Assembly: GCF_001194135.2 (NCBI RefSeq)
Contig: NC_068992.1
Coordinates: 63,035,595-63,099,594, forward strand
DNA length: 64,000 nt
Reading direction: 5' to 3'
DNA from: Octopus bimaculoides
Lineage: Eukaryota
Numbering within the stretch: position 1 is the stretch's first letter; each line of letters starts with the position of its first letter. The position numbers and the translations under genes are program-made. The notes beneath the pieces were generated by a model that did no database searches, was not told where the DNA came from, and saw only the letters and a list, made by a program, of their open reading frames with translations. This document shows positions 26,351 through 39,409 of this stretch, in pieces.

Positions 26351-26417
<67 letters not shown>

Positions 26418-26449
26418 CATACACACATATACACACACTACATATACGC

Positions 26450-26484
<35 letters not shown>

Positions 26485-26958
26485 TAGATAGATAGATAAA
26501 TAGATAGACAGCTCTTTTCCCTTACTCCCTCTATCTTTATACCCTTCTTAACCATTCTGTGTTCCTCTCTCCCTCCCTCTTTCTTTTAGTCCCTCCTCTC
26601 ATTACATCTCTCTTAATTCCTCCCATCCTCCCTCATTATCAGACCCCCTCTCTCTTTCACTAAGTTACCTCAGCCAAAGGACGCCATTCTATCGCCCAAT
26701 CTATTATTTCAGTCAATTTCTAAATCCCTCGGGGNNNNNNNNNNNNNNNNNNNNNNNNNNNNNNNNNNNNNNNNNNNNNNNNNNNNNNNNNNNNNNNNNN
26801 NNNNNNNNNNNNNNNNNNNNNNNNNNNNNNNNNNNNNNNNNNNNNNNNNNNNNNNNNNNNNNNNNNNNNNNNNNNNNNNNNNNNNNNNNNNNNNNNNNNN
26901 NNNNNNNNNNNNNNNNNNNNNNNNNNNNNNNNNNNNNNNNNNNNNNNNNNNNNNNNNN

Positions 26959-27502
26959 GGGGGGGGGGGGCATTGTTTCGTCGCACTGATGGCGGTGGTG
27001 GTGTTTGATGGTGATGATGTATGATAAGAACGTGGTGGTAGTGGTGGTGGTGGTGGTGGTGGTGGTGGTGGCTAGTTGAAGTGGTATGGTGGTGAAAGAA
27101 GTGTTTATTTTTGAAGAAGACTGTGGTGTTGTTTGGCGGGGGGGGGTGATGGTGTTGATAGTGGTGGTGATAATGATGACGATGGTGGTAGGGGTGTGAT
27201 TGATAACGGTGGTGATTGTGATGGTTGTGATGGTGATGATGATGATGGTGGTGTTGGTGGAAGTTTTGATATTGTTGGTTGTTGTTGCAGTAATAGTAGT
27301 GATGGTGGTGACGGTAGTTGTAATGGTGGTGGTGACGGTAGTGACGGTGGTGGTTCCGAAGACGGTGCTGCTGTTAGTAACGGCTGATTTACGTGATGAA
27401 TTTGATTGATGGAGTTGAGTTATCATGGCTTCTGATGTAAGGAATGTCACTGGTGTTATTGCTATTGTTACCCTTGTTGCTGTCGTTGTCGTTGCTGCTG
27501 CT

Positions 27503-27566
<64 letters not shown>

Positions 27567-27570
27567 CAGC

Positions 27571-27613
<43 letters not shown>

Positions 27614-27635
27614 ATTGTTGTTGCTATTGTTATTT
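26959..27635. repeat. GGT/GAT/AGT trinucleotide low-complexity field
   Basis: Direct reading. Confidence 0.9.
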
Positions 27636-27769
27636 AGCCGCAGGTCAACCAGCCCGAACAGACATAGTTAAATGATTTACATCCATGACCATCTCATCGA
27701 TTCACCGGTATTTAGCGCTACACTGTTTCACATGCTATAATGTACTACAGAATATATTTATAGGTTTGG

Positions 27770-27950
27770 GTGGGGGTCAATACTATAGCACATTAGAGAA
27801 TATTCTGGACATGACTCTAGACTGCATCCGATGGTGGGGCCCTGTTTCGAAAGTTCTAGGGTTTTGAGAGTGTGGAACCATCTCTTAGCCAATATTGTTC
27901 CCGATCTGCTCTGACCCGGAATAGTAGCATTTGTCAGCCGTCTTTGCGAA
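27770..27950. repeat. Unclassified interspersed repeat; inverted relative at 45720-45860
   Basis: CATCCGATGGTG...CTCTGACCCGG..TAGTAGCA..TGTCAG..GTC matches the reverse complement of GACTCTGACAGGCACTGC...CACC.TCGGATGCAG at 45722-45845 in a degenerate way. Confidence 0.45.
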
Positions 27951-29021
27951 AGAAACCTTTATGGTTCAATAGTGGAGAAGGCAGCTGCAGCATCATATTG
28001 TGGAGTGCAAAAAGGAAACTGAGTCAAGCAAAACATCTTGGTCATCCGCTGCATCTGTTTCCATTACCTGGTCTTGCTCCTGGACTGAAGATGGTCACGG
28101 ACGAAGAGTGTTGTTGACGGTGCTCAACTCTTCTTCAGTTTAAACAAAGTCACTTTCAAGTCATTAGTCATCCTTAAGGACGGACAGATGGTTTTCGTCA
28201 CTCCGATGCAGAAATACGACATTATAGAGTCGTGGCTAAATAGAAAAAAACTTTAAATATACGCAACGAAGCGAAATATTGTTAACACACCAAGTGCTTA
28301 ATGTTTAATTTCACTGCCACAAAAGTTAATTGTTCCGTCCAATTAACTTTAAAGTCTGATGATTAATTTAAACAATTTAATGCTCCATCAGGCAACTGCG
28401 AAAGTGTTAATCAATGTAAACCGAACTCAATGTATTTGTTGATAGTTACAGGTAATGCTATCTGTTGGAGTTTCAGCATTTTAGCTGCTATTTCTGAACT
28501 TCGGTATGTGGTGAAGCAACTGTTGCTGATCCCTTAATTATGTTTATAAATGTATAAGAACTTTTAAATAAGTTCCTCACCGGTAATGGTGTTTACATAC
28601 CGAAGGGCTTGGTAAAAATTATTAATTAATTTATTAATAAATTAATAAATTGNNNNNNNNNNNNNNNNNNNNNNNNNNNNNNNNNNNNNNNNNNNNNNNN
28701 NNNNNNNNNNNNNNNNNNNNNNNNNNNNNNNNNNNNNNNNNNNNNNNNNNNNNNNNNNNNNNNNNNNNNNNNNNNNNNNNNNNNNNNNNNNNNNNNNNNN
28801 NNNNNNNNNNNNNNNNNNNNNNNATATATATATATACACATACACACACACATATATATATGTATGTGTATGTGTATACATATGCACACGCCATATTTGT
28901 GTGCCTCTGTCTTGGTGTACTTACTTGCATACACAAACGCACGCGCAATCGCAAGGAGAGAAAATGACTGACAGACAGACAGACTGATAGATAGAGAGAC
29001 AGACACACACACACACAGACA

Positions 29022-29071
<50 letters not shown>

Positions 29072-29432
29072 TACAGACACAGAGGCAGACACTCAGACAC
29101 GCAGACAGATAACCGGACCAACATACATCGAGATATCGATGCGTATTTATATAGGTGTACAAACACTTCTATCCGATTTCGAGAAGCGATCTAGTGAATG
29201 TGCACCGCTATATTACTGCTCGTTTCTTACATCCTGTCGACAGAGTAAACAAATCTATCTGCACAAAGCATCTGAAACATCATGTTTTACATGATGAAAT
29301 GTTTAGAGAAATAACACAACGTCAGTATATTTAGCCACAGACGGCTTCATAGCTAGCAAAATATGCTGCAGGCTAAATCAGTAGATACATATATATACAT
29401 GGATATATATATATATATACATGGACATAGAC

Positions 29433-29484
<52 letters not shown>

Positions 29485-30357
29485 NNNNNNNNNNNNNNNN
29501 NNNNNNNNNNNNNNNNNNNNNNNNNNNNNNNNNNNNNNNNNNNNNNNNNNNNNNNNNNNNNNNNNNNNNNNNNNNNNNNNNNNNNNNNNNNNNNNNNNNN
29601 NNNNNNNNNNNNNNNNNNNNNNNNNNNNNNNNNNNNNNNNNNNNNNNNNNNNNNNNNNNNNNNNNNNNNNNNNNNNNNNNNNNNNNNNNNNNNNNNNNNN
29701 NNNNNNNNNNNNNNNNNNNNNNNNNNNNNNNNNNNNNNNNNNNNNNNNNNNNNNNNNNNNNNNNNNNNNNNNNNNNNNNNNNNNNNNNNNNNNNNNNNNN
29801 NNNNNNNNNNNNNNNNNNNNNNNNNNNNNNNNNNNNNNNNNNNNNNNNNNNNNNNNNNNNNNNNNNNNNNNNNNNNNNNNNNNNNNNNNNNNNNNNNNNN
29901 NNNNNNNNNNNNNNNNNNNNNNNNNNNNNNNNNNNNNNNNNNNNNNNNNNNNNNNNNNNNNNNNNNNNNNNNNNNNNNNNNNNNNNNNNNNNNNNNNNNN
30001 NNNNNNNNNNNNNNNNNNNNNNNNNNNNNNNNNNNNNNNNNNNNNNNNNNNNNNNNNNNNNNNNNNNNNNNNNNNNNNNNNNNNNNNNNNNNNNNNNNNN
30101 NNNNNNNNNNNNNNNNNNNNNNNNNNNNNNNNNNNNNNNNNNNNNNNNNNNNNNNNNNNNNNNNNNNNNNNNNNNNNNNNNNNNNNNNNNNNNNNNNNNN
30201 NNNNNNNNNNNNNNNNNNNNNNNNNNNNNNNNNNNNNNNNNNNNNNNNNNNNNNNNNNNNNNNNNNNNNNNNNNNNNNNNNNNNNNNNNNNNNNNNNNNN
30301 NNNNNNNNNNNNNNNNNNNNNNNNNNNNNNNNNNNNNNNNNNNNNNNNNNNNNNNNN

Positions 30358-30622
30358 TATAACTGTATGATAACATATTATAATATATGTTATCCGATTT
30401 GAAGCAACAATTTCTAAATACAAAGAAATGACCGAAAAATGAGCTAAACCTAACCAGAATCGAAGCCACAAGCCAACCATTACATGGCTCCTTGCGCATC
30501 CGATTTGTGAGTTCGGTTCTGGCTAGGATTAGCTCATAATTTCCGGTCATGTGTTTGTATTTGAAAATTGTCGCTTCAAATCGGAGAATATACATTATTA
30601 TGATATATTATCATACAGTTAT
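30358..30622. repeat. Long foldback element (~115-bp arms, ~33-nt spacer)
   Basis: AACTGTATGATA...TCCGATTTGAAGCAACAATTT...GAAGCCACAA is the inverse of TTGTGAGTTCGG...AAATTGTCGCTTCAAATCGGA...TATCATACAGTT. The left end runs into a gap. Confidence 0.85.
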
Positions 30623-30699
30623 TATTATACTATGAGTCTTCCATAGTAGCTTTCTCTCTCTAACTTACAATGCCTTCCTCTTTTGTTATATATATATTA

Positions 30700-30870
30700 A
30701 CTTTTACTTGCGTCAGTCACTGAGACATCGACTTCAAGGCTTTTATTCAAAAGAATCTACCCAGAGTACCTATTTTCATAGCCTTGTACTTATTCTATTG
30801 GTCTCTTTAGCAGAAATGACAAGATGCGATGACGTAAACAAACCAACAGTAGTGTGCATTGACAAACACA
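30700..30870 (-). mobile_element. SINE family B 3' fragment
   Basis: CTTTTACTTG..TCAGTCA...AGCCTTGTACTTATTCTATTGGTCTC...GACGTAAACAAACC. Confidence 0.65.
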
Positions 30871-30905
30871 GAATCCAAGTCACACACACACACAAGTACA
30901 CACAC

Positions 30906-30957
<52 letters not shown>

Positions 30958-31609
30958 NNNNNNNNNNNNNNNNNNNNNNNNNNNNNNNNNNNNNNNNNNN
31001 NNNNNNNNNNNNNNNNNNNNNNNNNNNNNNNNNNNNNNNNNNNNNNNNNNNNNNNNNNNNNNNNNNNNNNNNNNNNNNNNNNNNNNNNNNNNNNNNNNNN
31101 NNNNNNNNNNNNNNNNNNNNNNNNNNNNNNNNNNNNNNNNNNNNNNNNNNNNNNNNNNNNNNNNNNNNNNNNNNNNNNNNNNNNNNNNNNNNNNNNNNNN
31201 NNNNNNNNNNNNNNNNNNNNNNNNNNNNNNNNNNNNNNNNNNNNNNNNNNNNNNNNNNNNNNNNNNNNNNNNNNNNNNNNNNNNNNNNNNNNNNNNNNNN
31301 NNNNNNNNNNNNNNNNNNNNNNNNNNNNNNNNNNNNNNNNNNNNNNNNNNNNNNNNNNNNNNNNNNNNNNNNNNNNNNNNNNNNNNNNNNNNNNNNNNNN
31401 NNNNNNNNNNNNNNNNNNNNNNNNNNNNNNNNNNNNNNNNNNNNNNNNNNNTGTTGGAGAAGCAGGATACTGCTAATCCCTATATATTTATGATATATAT
31501 ATATATATATATATATATACGAATATTACATGGAGACATACATATGTACATGCATATATACATACATGTACAGACATACTCGCATGCACACACATACATA
31601 TATATATAG

Positions 31610-31795
31610 GGAGAGTATTCACAAAAAAAAAAACGAAGACAGGTGGTGCAGACAACAAACAAATGTATTAGTTTAACGCTCGGTAAGTGAAAAAGTCTTT
31701 AACGTTTCGAGCCTACGCTCTTCCAAAGAAAGGAACGCAGAAAGAACCAAGGAGAGAGAAAAATGAATGTGTAGTGGCTAGCGATCTATCATGGT
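31610..31795 (-). mobile_element. Short repeat with Penelope-like terminal motif, copy 1
   Basis: The reverse complement contains GGAAGAGCGTAGGCTCGAAACGTTAAAGACTTTT...TTAAACTAATACA...CACCTGTC, shared with 32440-32625. Confidence 0.65.
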
Positions 31796-32074
31796 GAATG
31801 AATATATATATATATATATATCTATGTTTGTATTTGTGTATGTATGTATAACTATATGTATACAAATATTCATAGATCACATATGTACACCATAATTAGT
31901 TTGTTATGGGTGCATGACGAAATTTCACGTGCCAGCAGGTCTGTAATATTTACATACCAGCCTCGGGAATGCATTTAATATATAGATTGGTATATCCAGT
32001 AACTTAATACCGCTGTGTGTGGTGGCTATATAAGCAACGTGTTCGGAGGCAAGAATGTGTTAGATGAGTGCTGA

Positions 32075-32220
32075 AGTAGGAGCAACAACCCCCGAAATAT
32101 GGCATATACACTTTTTAGCCTATTTTTGTCTCCGATCTCATTGTTTGCATCGGACGTCTTGATACGAAACGTTGTAGCAGATCAGTGCGGAATATAATTT
32201 CTGTTGAAATAACCTTAACA
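32075..32220. repeat. Unclassified interspersed repeat; second copy at 41630-41790
   Basis: GCAACAACCCCCGAAATA.GGCATA.ACACT...TTTTGTCTCCGATCTC...GACGTCT.GATACGAAA.G.TGTAGC is shared by both copies. Confidence 0.75.
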
Positions 32221-32246
32221 TATATATATATATACACATATGCATA

Positions 32247-32292
<46 letters not shown>

Positions 32293-32439
32293 NNNNNNNN
32301 NNNNNNNNNNNNNNNNNNNNNNNNNNNNNNNNNNNNNNNNNNNNNNNNNNNNNNNNNNNNNNNNNNNNNNNNNNNNNNNNNNNNNNNNNNNNNNNNNNNN
32401 NNNNNNNNNNNNNNNNNNNNNNNNNNGTTAAACCGTTAA

Positions 32440-32610
32440 TCCTTAGACGTTTTTTTTTTCTTTTCACTTGCTCTCTCTGCTTTTTCCCCTCTAATCTGTC
32501 GAAGAGCGAAGGCTCGAAACGTCAAAGACTTTTCCATTTTTCCCAAGAGTTAAACTAATACACCTGCTCGTTGTTCCTTCACCTGTCATCCTCTTTTTTG
32601 TGTTAATTTG

Positions 32611-32625
<15 letters not shown>
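32440..32625 (+). mobile_element. Short repeat with Penelope-like terminal motif, copy 2
   Basis: CTGTCGAAGAGCGAAGGCTCGAAACGTCAAAGACTTTT at 32496-32533; colinear with copy 1. Confidence 0.65.
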
Positions 32626-32647
<22 letters not shown>

Positions 32648-32882
32648 TACGTTCGATGTAGATTTTCGGATCCTCTCTGCCTACCGTTGTATAAGCAACG
32701 CATTCGGATAGCTGGCCCTATGGTGCAGGAAGATATATCAACAAGGTATCGGGAAGTGGAGTCGAAACGGAAATTACATGTCTCTGAAGCCAACTTCTAC
32801 ACCGCACAGCCGTGCTTGTGCTATCATATCTATACATACGCATACATACATATATAGTATCTATCTATTTATCTATCTATCC

Positions 32883-32977
<95 letters not shown>

Positions 32978-33190
32978 CATACATACATAAAATGGAGAAA
33001 TTATACAAAATGTCGAAGGGAATGATGAGTAAAGCACCAGCACAATTTCGATGATCTGTTTTTATCCATAGATTGCAGGAACTTCATAGTGGTGGTTGAG
33101 GTAACAGTATTAATAAAATTGATGGAAAAATAAGATACGAACATGTGCGCATACATGTGCGCATATGTGCATGTAGGTGCTTGTATAAAC

Positions 33191-33267
<77 letters not shown>

Positions 33268-33277
33268 NNNNNNNNNN

Positions 33278-33341
<64 letters not shown>

Positions 33342-33837
33342 AGAGAGAGAGACATACAGTCAGAGACAGAGAAAGAAAAGGTGAGAGAGAGACGGTGGTA
33401 GAAACAAGGGAGAGCGGAGTAGAGAAAGAAAGAGGAGGTAAAGAAACAGAGATATAGGGATACTCGACGCTGCCACGCAAGCAACTATTCCTGTGCGTAT
33501 GTACAGAGATGTGTCTTATCAGAGCATTGGAAATCTCCTTGAATAAACTCAGACAGGAGACATGCACCAGTTCCTTGCAGACTCCACACAATAACTGTTC
33601 TAAATATGTCCGCCACTCTCTCAAATTCTTTTGTCTTCTCTGACTGAAAACCGTCCAAAATCATTGCTGCCTTTGTCTGACAACAGCCCACCTTTCTCTG
33701 TATTTTGGGAGTGTAGAAGTGTATGTATATATATATATATATATATCAGTGTACGCGTATGTAACGGAGTGACTGTGTGCGCGTATCTCTCTCTTCCACT
33801 CTCTTTCTCTTTCTGTATATATATAAAGACACACACG

Positions 33838-33939
<102 letters not shown>

Positions 33940-33999
33940 CATATACTTATATGTGTATATACATATATTTATATTTGTATGAATATGTGTGTCTGTATG

Positions 34000-34065
<66 letters not shown>

Positions 34066-35200
34066 TGTGTGTAAATATATATATGCATATATGTACGTAT
34101 ATATATAAATATATATATATACACATATATATATATATATTTAGAAAAACATTATATATAACAAGGGGGCATTATGCATATATATGCCTATATATATAAG
34201 TATATATATATGCACACATATACATATATATATATATATACGTATATATATATGCATGTATTTATTTATGTATGTATATATATACACACATATATATATG
34301 TGTGTATAAATATATAAGGAGCGATGGAGAGTGGGAGAAGCGTGGAATGGAAAACCACTGACAGATATGCGTGGGTGGGGTATATCGGTGCTTTTGTGTG
34401 TATGTTGGTCACAATGGAGGTATATTAGTAACAGCATACGAATAGTCGTTTCTAAGTTGTGTTTTAGTTGTTTAACCTTCGAATCAGCTGTAACGGATCC
34501 AACCACTGACCGAATATTTTGCATCACATGTTTCTGAATATCTAGAACTTCGTCGTCAAACTTACCCTAGCATTTTTTATTACTTTATTTCATGGCCATA
34601 TCTGAAGATCTATAGCATTTGTTTCTTATTAAATGTTTGAAGACTGCATACCATATTTTCCGGCATATCGGTCGATATAGCATATAGCGGAAACATGTGT
34701 AAACATACAAACGTCTTTGTTATATTTCCATTTCCCACTGCATTTCATATCGAAATTTTGGCCCTTCACAGTTTTGGCGTACGAATTGACCTACATTTTT
34801 GGCTGAAGATTGGGGGCCATAATATTTGAGTTGTATACAAAAGAATGCGGTGATTTTTTATGAAATTTTCTGCAGGTACTTTTCAGGTGACGTAAATTCT
34901 GATTTTTTTAAAATTTGAAGCGAAAAACAAATTAGGGGTGGGGGAAGCGAATAATTCAAAGACATCATCAATACATATGAATAAAAAAAATCCGTGAATT
35001 ATTCGAGTTGTCCCCAATATTTTTCAATACAAATTCAGACATAATCACGAAGGAAAAGAAACAAGGTTCATGAACTCATCGATGAAAATCCACTATCACA
35101 TATAAAAAAAAAATTAATAAGTAAAAGCACAATAAATAGGTATAATATAATACAACATTGGCCACAGTCAAATGACTGAAACAAGTAAAAGAGTAAAAGA

Positions 35201-35234
<34 letters not shown>

Positions 35235-35498
35235 NNNNNNNNNNNNNNNNNNNNNNNNNNNNNNNNNNNNNNNNNNNNNNNNNNNNNNNNNNNNNNNNNN
35301 NNNNNNNNNNNNNNNNNNNNNNNNNNNNNNNNNNNNNNNNNNNNNNNNNNNNNNNNNNNNNNNNNNNNNNNNNNNNNNNNNNNNNNNNNNNNNNNNNNNN
35401 NNNNNNNNNNNNNNNNNNNNNNNNNNNNNNNNNNNNNNNNNNNNNNNNNNNNNNNNNNNNNNNNNNNNNNNNNNNNNNNNNNNNNNNNNNNNNNNNAT

Positions 35499-35531
<33 letters not shown>

Positions 35532-35544
35532 CACGCACATATGT

Positions 35545-35860
35545 TCGTCTAGACAGCGAAGCGGCGTCATTGGAAGGCTAAAACAATGCAAAAGCGCATT
35601 GTGGCCAGTGATGTGTAGCAACATATGATAGCTTGGTCGATCACATGATGACGTGATATGTGTGTGTATGTCTTTCTCCTCCACCAACGCTTTACAACCG
35701 GTGTTGGTGTGGTCTCCGTAATTTAGCGGTTCAGCAAAGGAGGCCGTTAGAATAAGTTGCAGGCTTTAAAAGTGAAGTCCTGGTGTCGATTCATTCGACT
35801 AAATATTCTTCAAGGTGATGCCCCTGCACGGCCACAGTCTAATGAATAAGACAAGTAAAA
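35545..35860 (+). mobile_element. SINE family B 3' part (further tail fragment at 35150-35205)
   Basis: CCGGTGTTGGTGT...TTAGCGGTTCAGCAAAGGAG...TTCAAGGTG.TGCCCC.GCA.GGCC.CAGTC. Confidence 0.7.
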
Positions 35861-35879
35861 GATGGAAAATATGAGATAG

Positions 35880-36353
35880 ATCTGCTTAACCAAATCTCCT
35901 TCGAGCCACGAAATATCATAGTAATAAAAATATTTCTGTAAAAGAATTTGACAAATTAAGTAAATGTAAGAACCTCGAAATTGAAATTTAGAAATTGAAA
36001 TACAAAAGAAGTGGTGTCTTGAAGCGGGAACGATTTCTGTTATTGTGGGCGCCCTAGGTATGATAAAAGAAATAGATATGTCAGAAACATCTAGATAAGA
36101 TCCCAGGAGAACCATGTCTCAGAGAAATCCAAAAGATTGTGCTGACAAGTACTGCCCACGTCTTTAGAAAAGCCCTATCAATTTAAGCGTCTGTGTTCAC
36201 ATGAAGATATTCCACTACTGCCCCTGCCACTTCCCCTCCCAAGCTTTTAGTCATAGTGTAACATCTCCTATCCTTCATTCGCCCTAGGACACTGGGTGTG
36301 TCTCGGCAAGTGATTGTAATAAACATGCAGATTAAATGTAAATAATAATAATA

Positions 36354-36398
<45 letters not shown>

Positions 36399-36400
36399 AG
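35880..36400 (+). mobile_element. Dong/R4-like LINE 3' end with (AAT/ATT)n tail
   Basis: NKNISVKEFDKLSKCKNLEIE...ISVIVGALGMIK...LREIQKIVLTSTAHVFRKALSI* across frameshifts. Confidence 0.85.
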
Positions 36401-36724
36401 ACTATATTACTACTACTACTATAACTACTGCAAGAAAAACACCAGCAACAACCTCTACAACTGCAACAGAAGCAATAATAATAACAGCAGACAATAAAAA
36501 CAAGAACAACAGCTGCAACAAAATAGCAACAAGCATCATCATCATCATCAACTACAACAATAACGTTAATAACAGCAGCTTAAGAACAACAACAACAAAA
36601 ACAAAAAACCACATCATTCCAGTAACCGCGTTACCATTAGCAACTACCACAGCCGTAGCAGCAACACCACAACTGCAGCAACAACAACAAAAAAGGACAC
36701 CACACTCGATTAATGCCACCTTGG

Positions 36725-37065
36725 AGGCGCGTGGTTTAATGGTGAGGATGTTGCTCGCATGAGAGTAAGATTATGGTTTCGATTCCTGGGCGGGACGATG
36801 CGTCATGTTCTTGAGCAAGACATTTCATTTTCAATCCGACCCAGCCGACTCAGCTGACAAATGTGAGTATCGCCCAGTCAAGGGTGGGGAATATATTATA
36901 TGCCACAGAATCTGGAAAACCGGCCTTTTTTACACACACGCATACAGTGTGGCTTATTGGTGAGTGTGTTGCAGTCGCGATAGTAAGATTGTGGCTTCAA
37001 TTTCTGAACCGGTTGTGCGTTTTGTTCTTGAGCAAAACATTTCATTTTTACGTTGCTTCCGTCCA
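36725..37065 (+). mobile_element. Two SINE family C 5' fragments in tandem
   Basis: GGCGCGTGGTTTAATGG...GGTTTCGATTCC...TTCTTGAGCAAGACATTTCATTT, repeated at 36945-37065. Confidence 0.7.
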
Positions 37066-37074
37066 CAAAACTCT

Positions 37075-37357
37075 CACAACTGCAATAACATCCTCATAAC
37101 TGTGACAACATTTTCACAATTGTAACAAGATCCTCACAACTGGAAAAACATCCTCACAACTGCAACAATACCCTCACAACTGCAATAACATCCTCACAAC
37201 TATAACAACATCCTCACAACTGTAACAACATTCTCACAACTGTAACGACATCTTTGCAACTGCAACAATACCCTCACAGCTGTAACAACATCCTCACAAC
37301 TGGAACAATATCATCACAACTTTAACAACATCCTCACAACTACAATAACACTTCCGC
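37075..37357. repeat. 20-bp minisatellite, about 14 units (CACAACTGTAACAACATCCT)
   Basis: The 20-bp period is visible directly in the line register. Confidence 0.95.
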
Positions 37358-37977
37358 AATAGAAACTATAACCACAAAACCATCAGCATCAGCATCATCA
37401 ACAATTACCTAAAAAAACATCGCAACACTGATATCAAGAACACTAATAACAACAACACCTTAACAATTTCCACAATAACAACAGCAACATTAACAGAAGC
37501 AACAATGGCGGTGTGAGTCATTCATTTCCTCCAATGAAAACCGAAGAATAAATACTATTAGAAGAAATATCGACAGACTCACCAGATTCCTTTGTAATGT
37601 TCTATAGTGCTATTGCTTAACCATTCCTCTTTTGGTGTGGCAAATTGAAAAGTCTTCAGGGAACTGTAAAAGACTTCATATTGGATGATTCAACTGACGT
37701 AATAGCATCGTGTTTGAGTTGATTTGGAATTTTGAGACGGTTCACTTCATTAAAGGGAGAATTAGTAATTTAACGCCGTGTTTAGGCGTGTGTACGTGTG
37801 TGTGTGCAGGTGTCTGTGTGTCTGTATGTGACGGTGAGTGACAGAGAGAGAGAGAGAGTATGTATGTGTACATTTATACGATGTGTATGAATATTCGTGT
37901 GCATGTATTTCTCTATGTATCAGTATATATGATTATGTCTACACACATACATGCGCCTGTCTATAATACATATCATA

Positions 37978-38040
<63 letters not shown>

Positions 38041-38129
38041 CATCATCATCATTATTGTTATTACTATTATTTTTATTATTATATGAAACCAATAGCTTTT
38101 TCTAAACTGTTACGTTACANNNNNNNNNN

Positions 38130-38201
<72 letters not shown>

Positions 38202-39240
38202 CATACATACTTACATACATACACATATCAATTGCTTTAAGATGTGTAGATCCTTGTTTTTCGGGGAGTGAGGAAACGAGCGCCAAGGATGTCCCTTATG
38301 CTCTTTCCCTTAACGCAATAGAAAACAACCCTCTCTCCTGCTCCTCTACTTTTCCTCCTCCTCTCTCTCTCTCTCTCTCCCTCTCCCTCTCTCTTTCTCT
38401 CTTTTCATCCCCCAAACAAACAGCAAGAACCCGGAAGCACCAGATTCTTTTACAGTCTGGCAGGAATGGAACTAATCGAAGATCGAAGACTCCTATATAC
38501 TAATTGTTTCCTGGCGTACATCCCCACCAGTTCCCCTCGAAATTTGTACGCCACCCGATAGATTAATTACCGGATTCTATCAACTGAAAGATTAACTCTT
38601 TTATGTCCACTTCATTTCCTCTGATAATCTTCTACTATTTTTCTTTCTCTTTGACATCTCTTTTGCTATTTCAATTTCAAATTCTGACCATCCTGCCTTA
38701 TGTTGATTAATTAAATGGTTCTATAACCAGGAAACAGCATCCTAGTTCCAGCACAACCGTGTTGTTTTTGACATTCGAATCATTTCAGTAAAATGGTATT
38801 TTGAAGAACCGAATTAGACAGAAAGTGTCCGTACCAAAGCAACTATAGATTATTCACTCAAACAGTTTCTTCTACGAAACTGTATTATTCGTATAAGAGG
38901 TAACTAGTTGTAGACCAATTCTAGAGTATTCGTTTAACCAATTACCCTGACAATTCGATACGTACCAGACTTAAGACTAATGGAGTCAGTTCCCTTTCCA
39001 CTTGTTTTATTTATTATTTTTCTTTTTTTTTTCAGTCTTAAATTATCCAATGTGAGTGCCTCAACTCGATGTTCGTTCTGCCAGAATTAGACGTCAGATT
39101 TCCCTCAAATTATATTCTATCATTAAAGAAAAAGAAATTACAAGCATCTGCATAATGATGTCATGGATGCGCTGCTTCTGAATAACAGAGGAGTGGTCAC
39201 AACTAGAAACGTTTGTTCATACATCTGATCAATTAGATTT

Positions 39241-39360
39241 TATGGTTCCGGGTTCAGTCCCACTGAGTGGCACATTGGACAAGTGTCTTCTACTATAGCT
39301 TCGGGCTGACCAAAGCGTTGTGAGTGGATTTGATAGACGGAAACTGAAAGAAGCACGTCG

Positions 39361-39409
<49 letters not shown>

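Noticed and set aside
34560-35050. DNA-transposon-like AT-rich segment
   Set aside because: I could not locate matching TIRs or a TSD.
37075-37357. Possible CRISPR-like array
   Set aside because: The units are contiguous with no unique spacers, there are no cas genes, and the context is eukaryotic.
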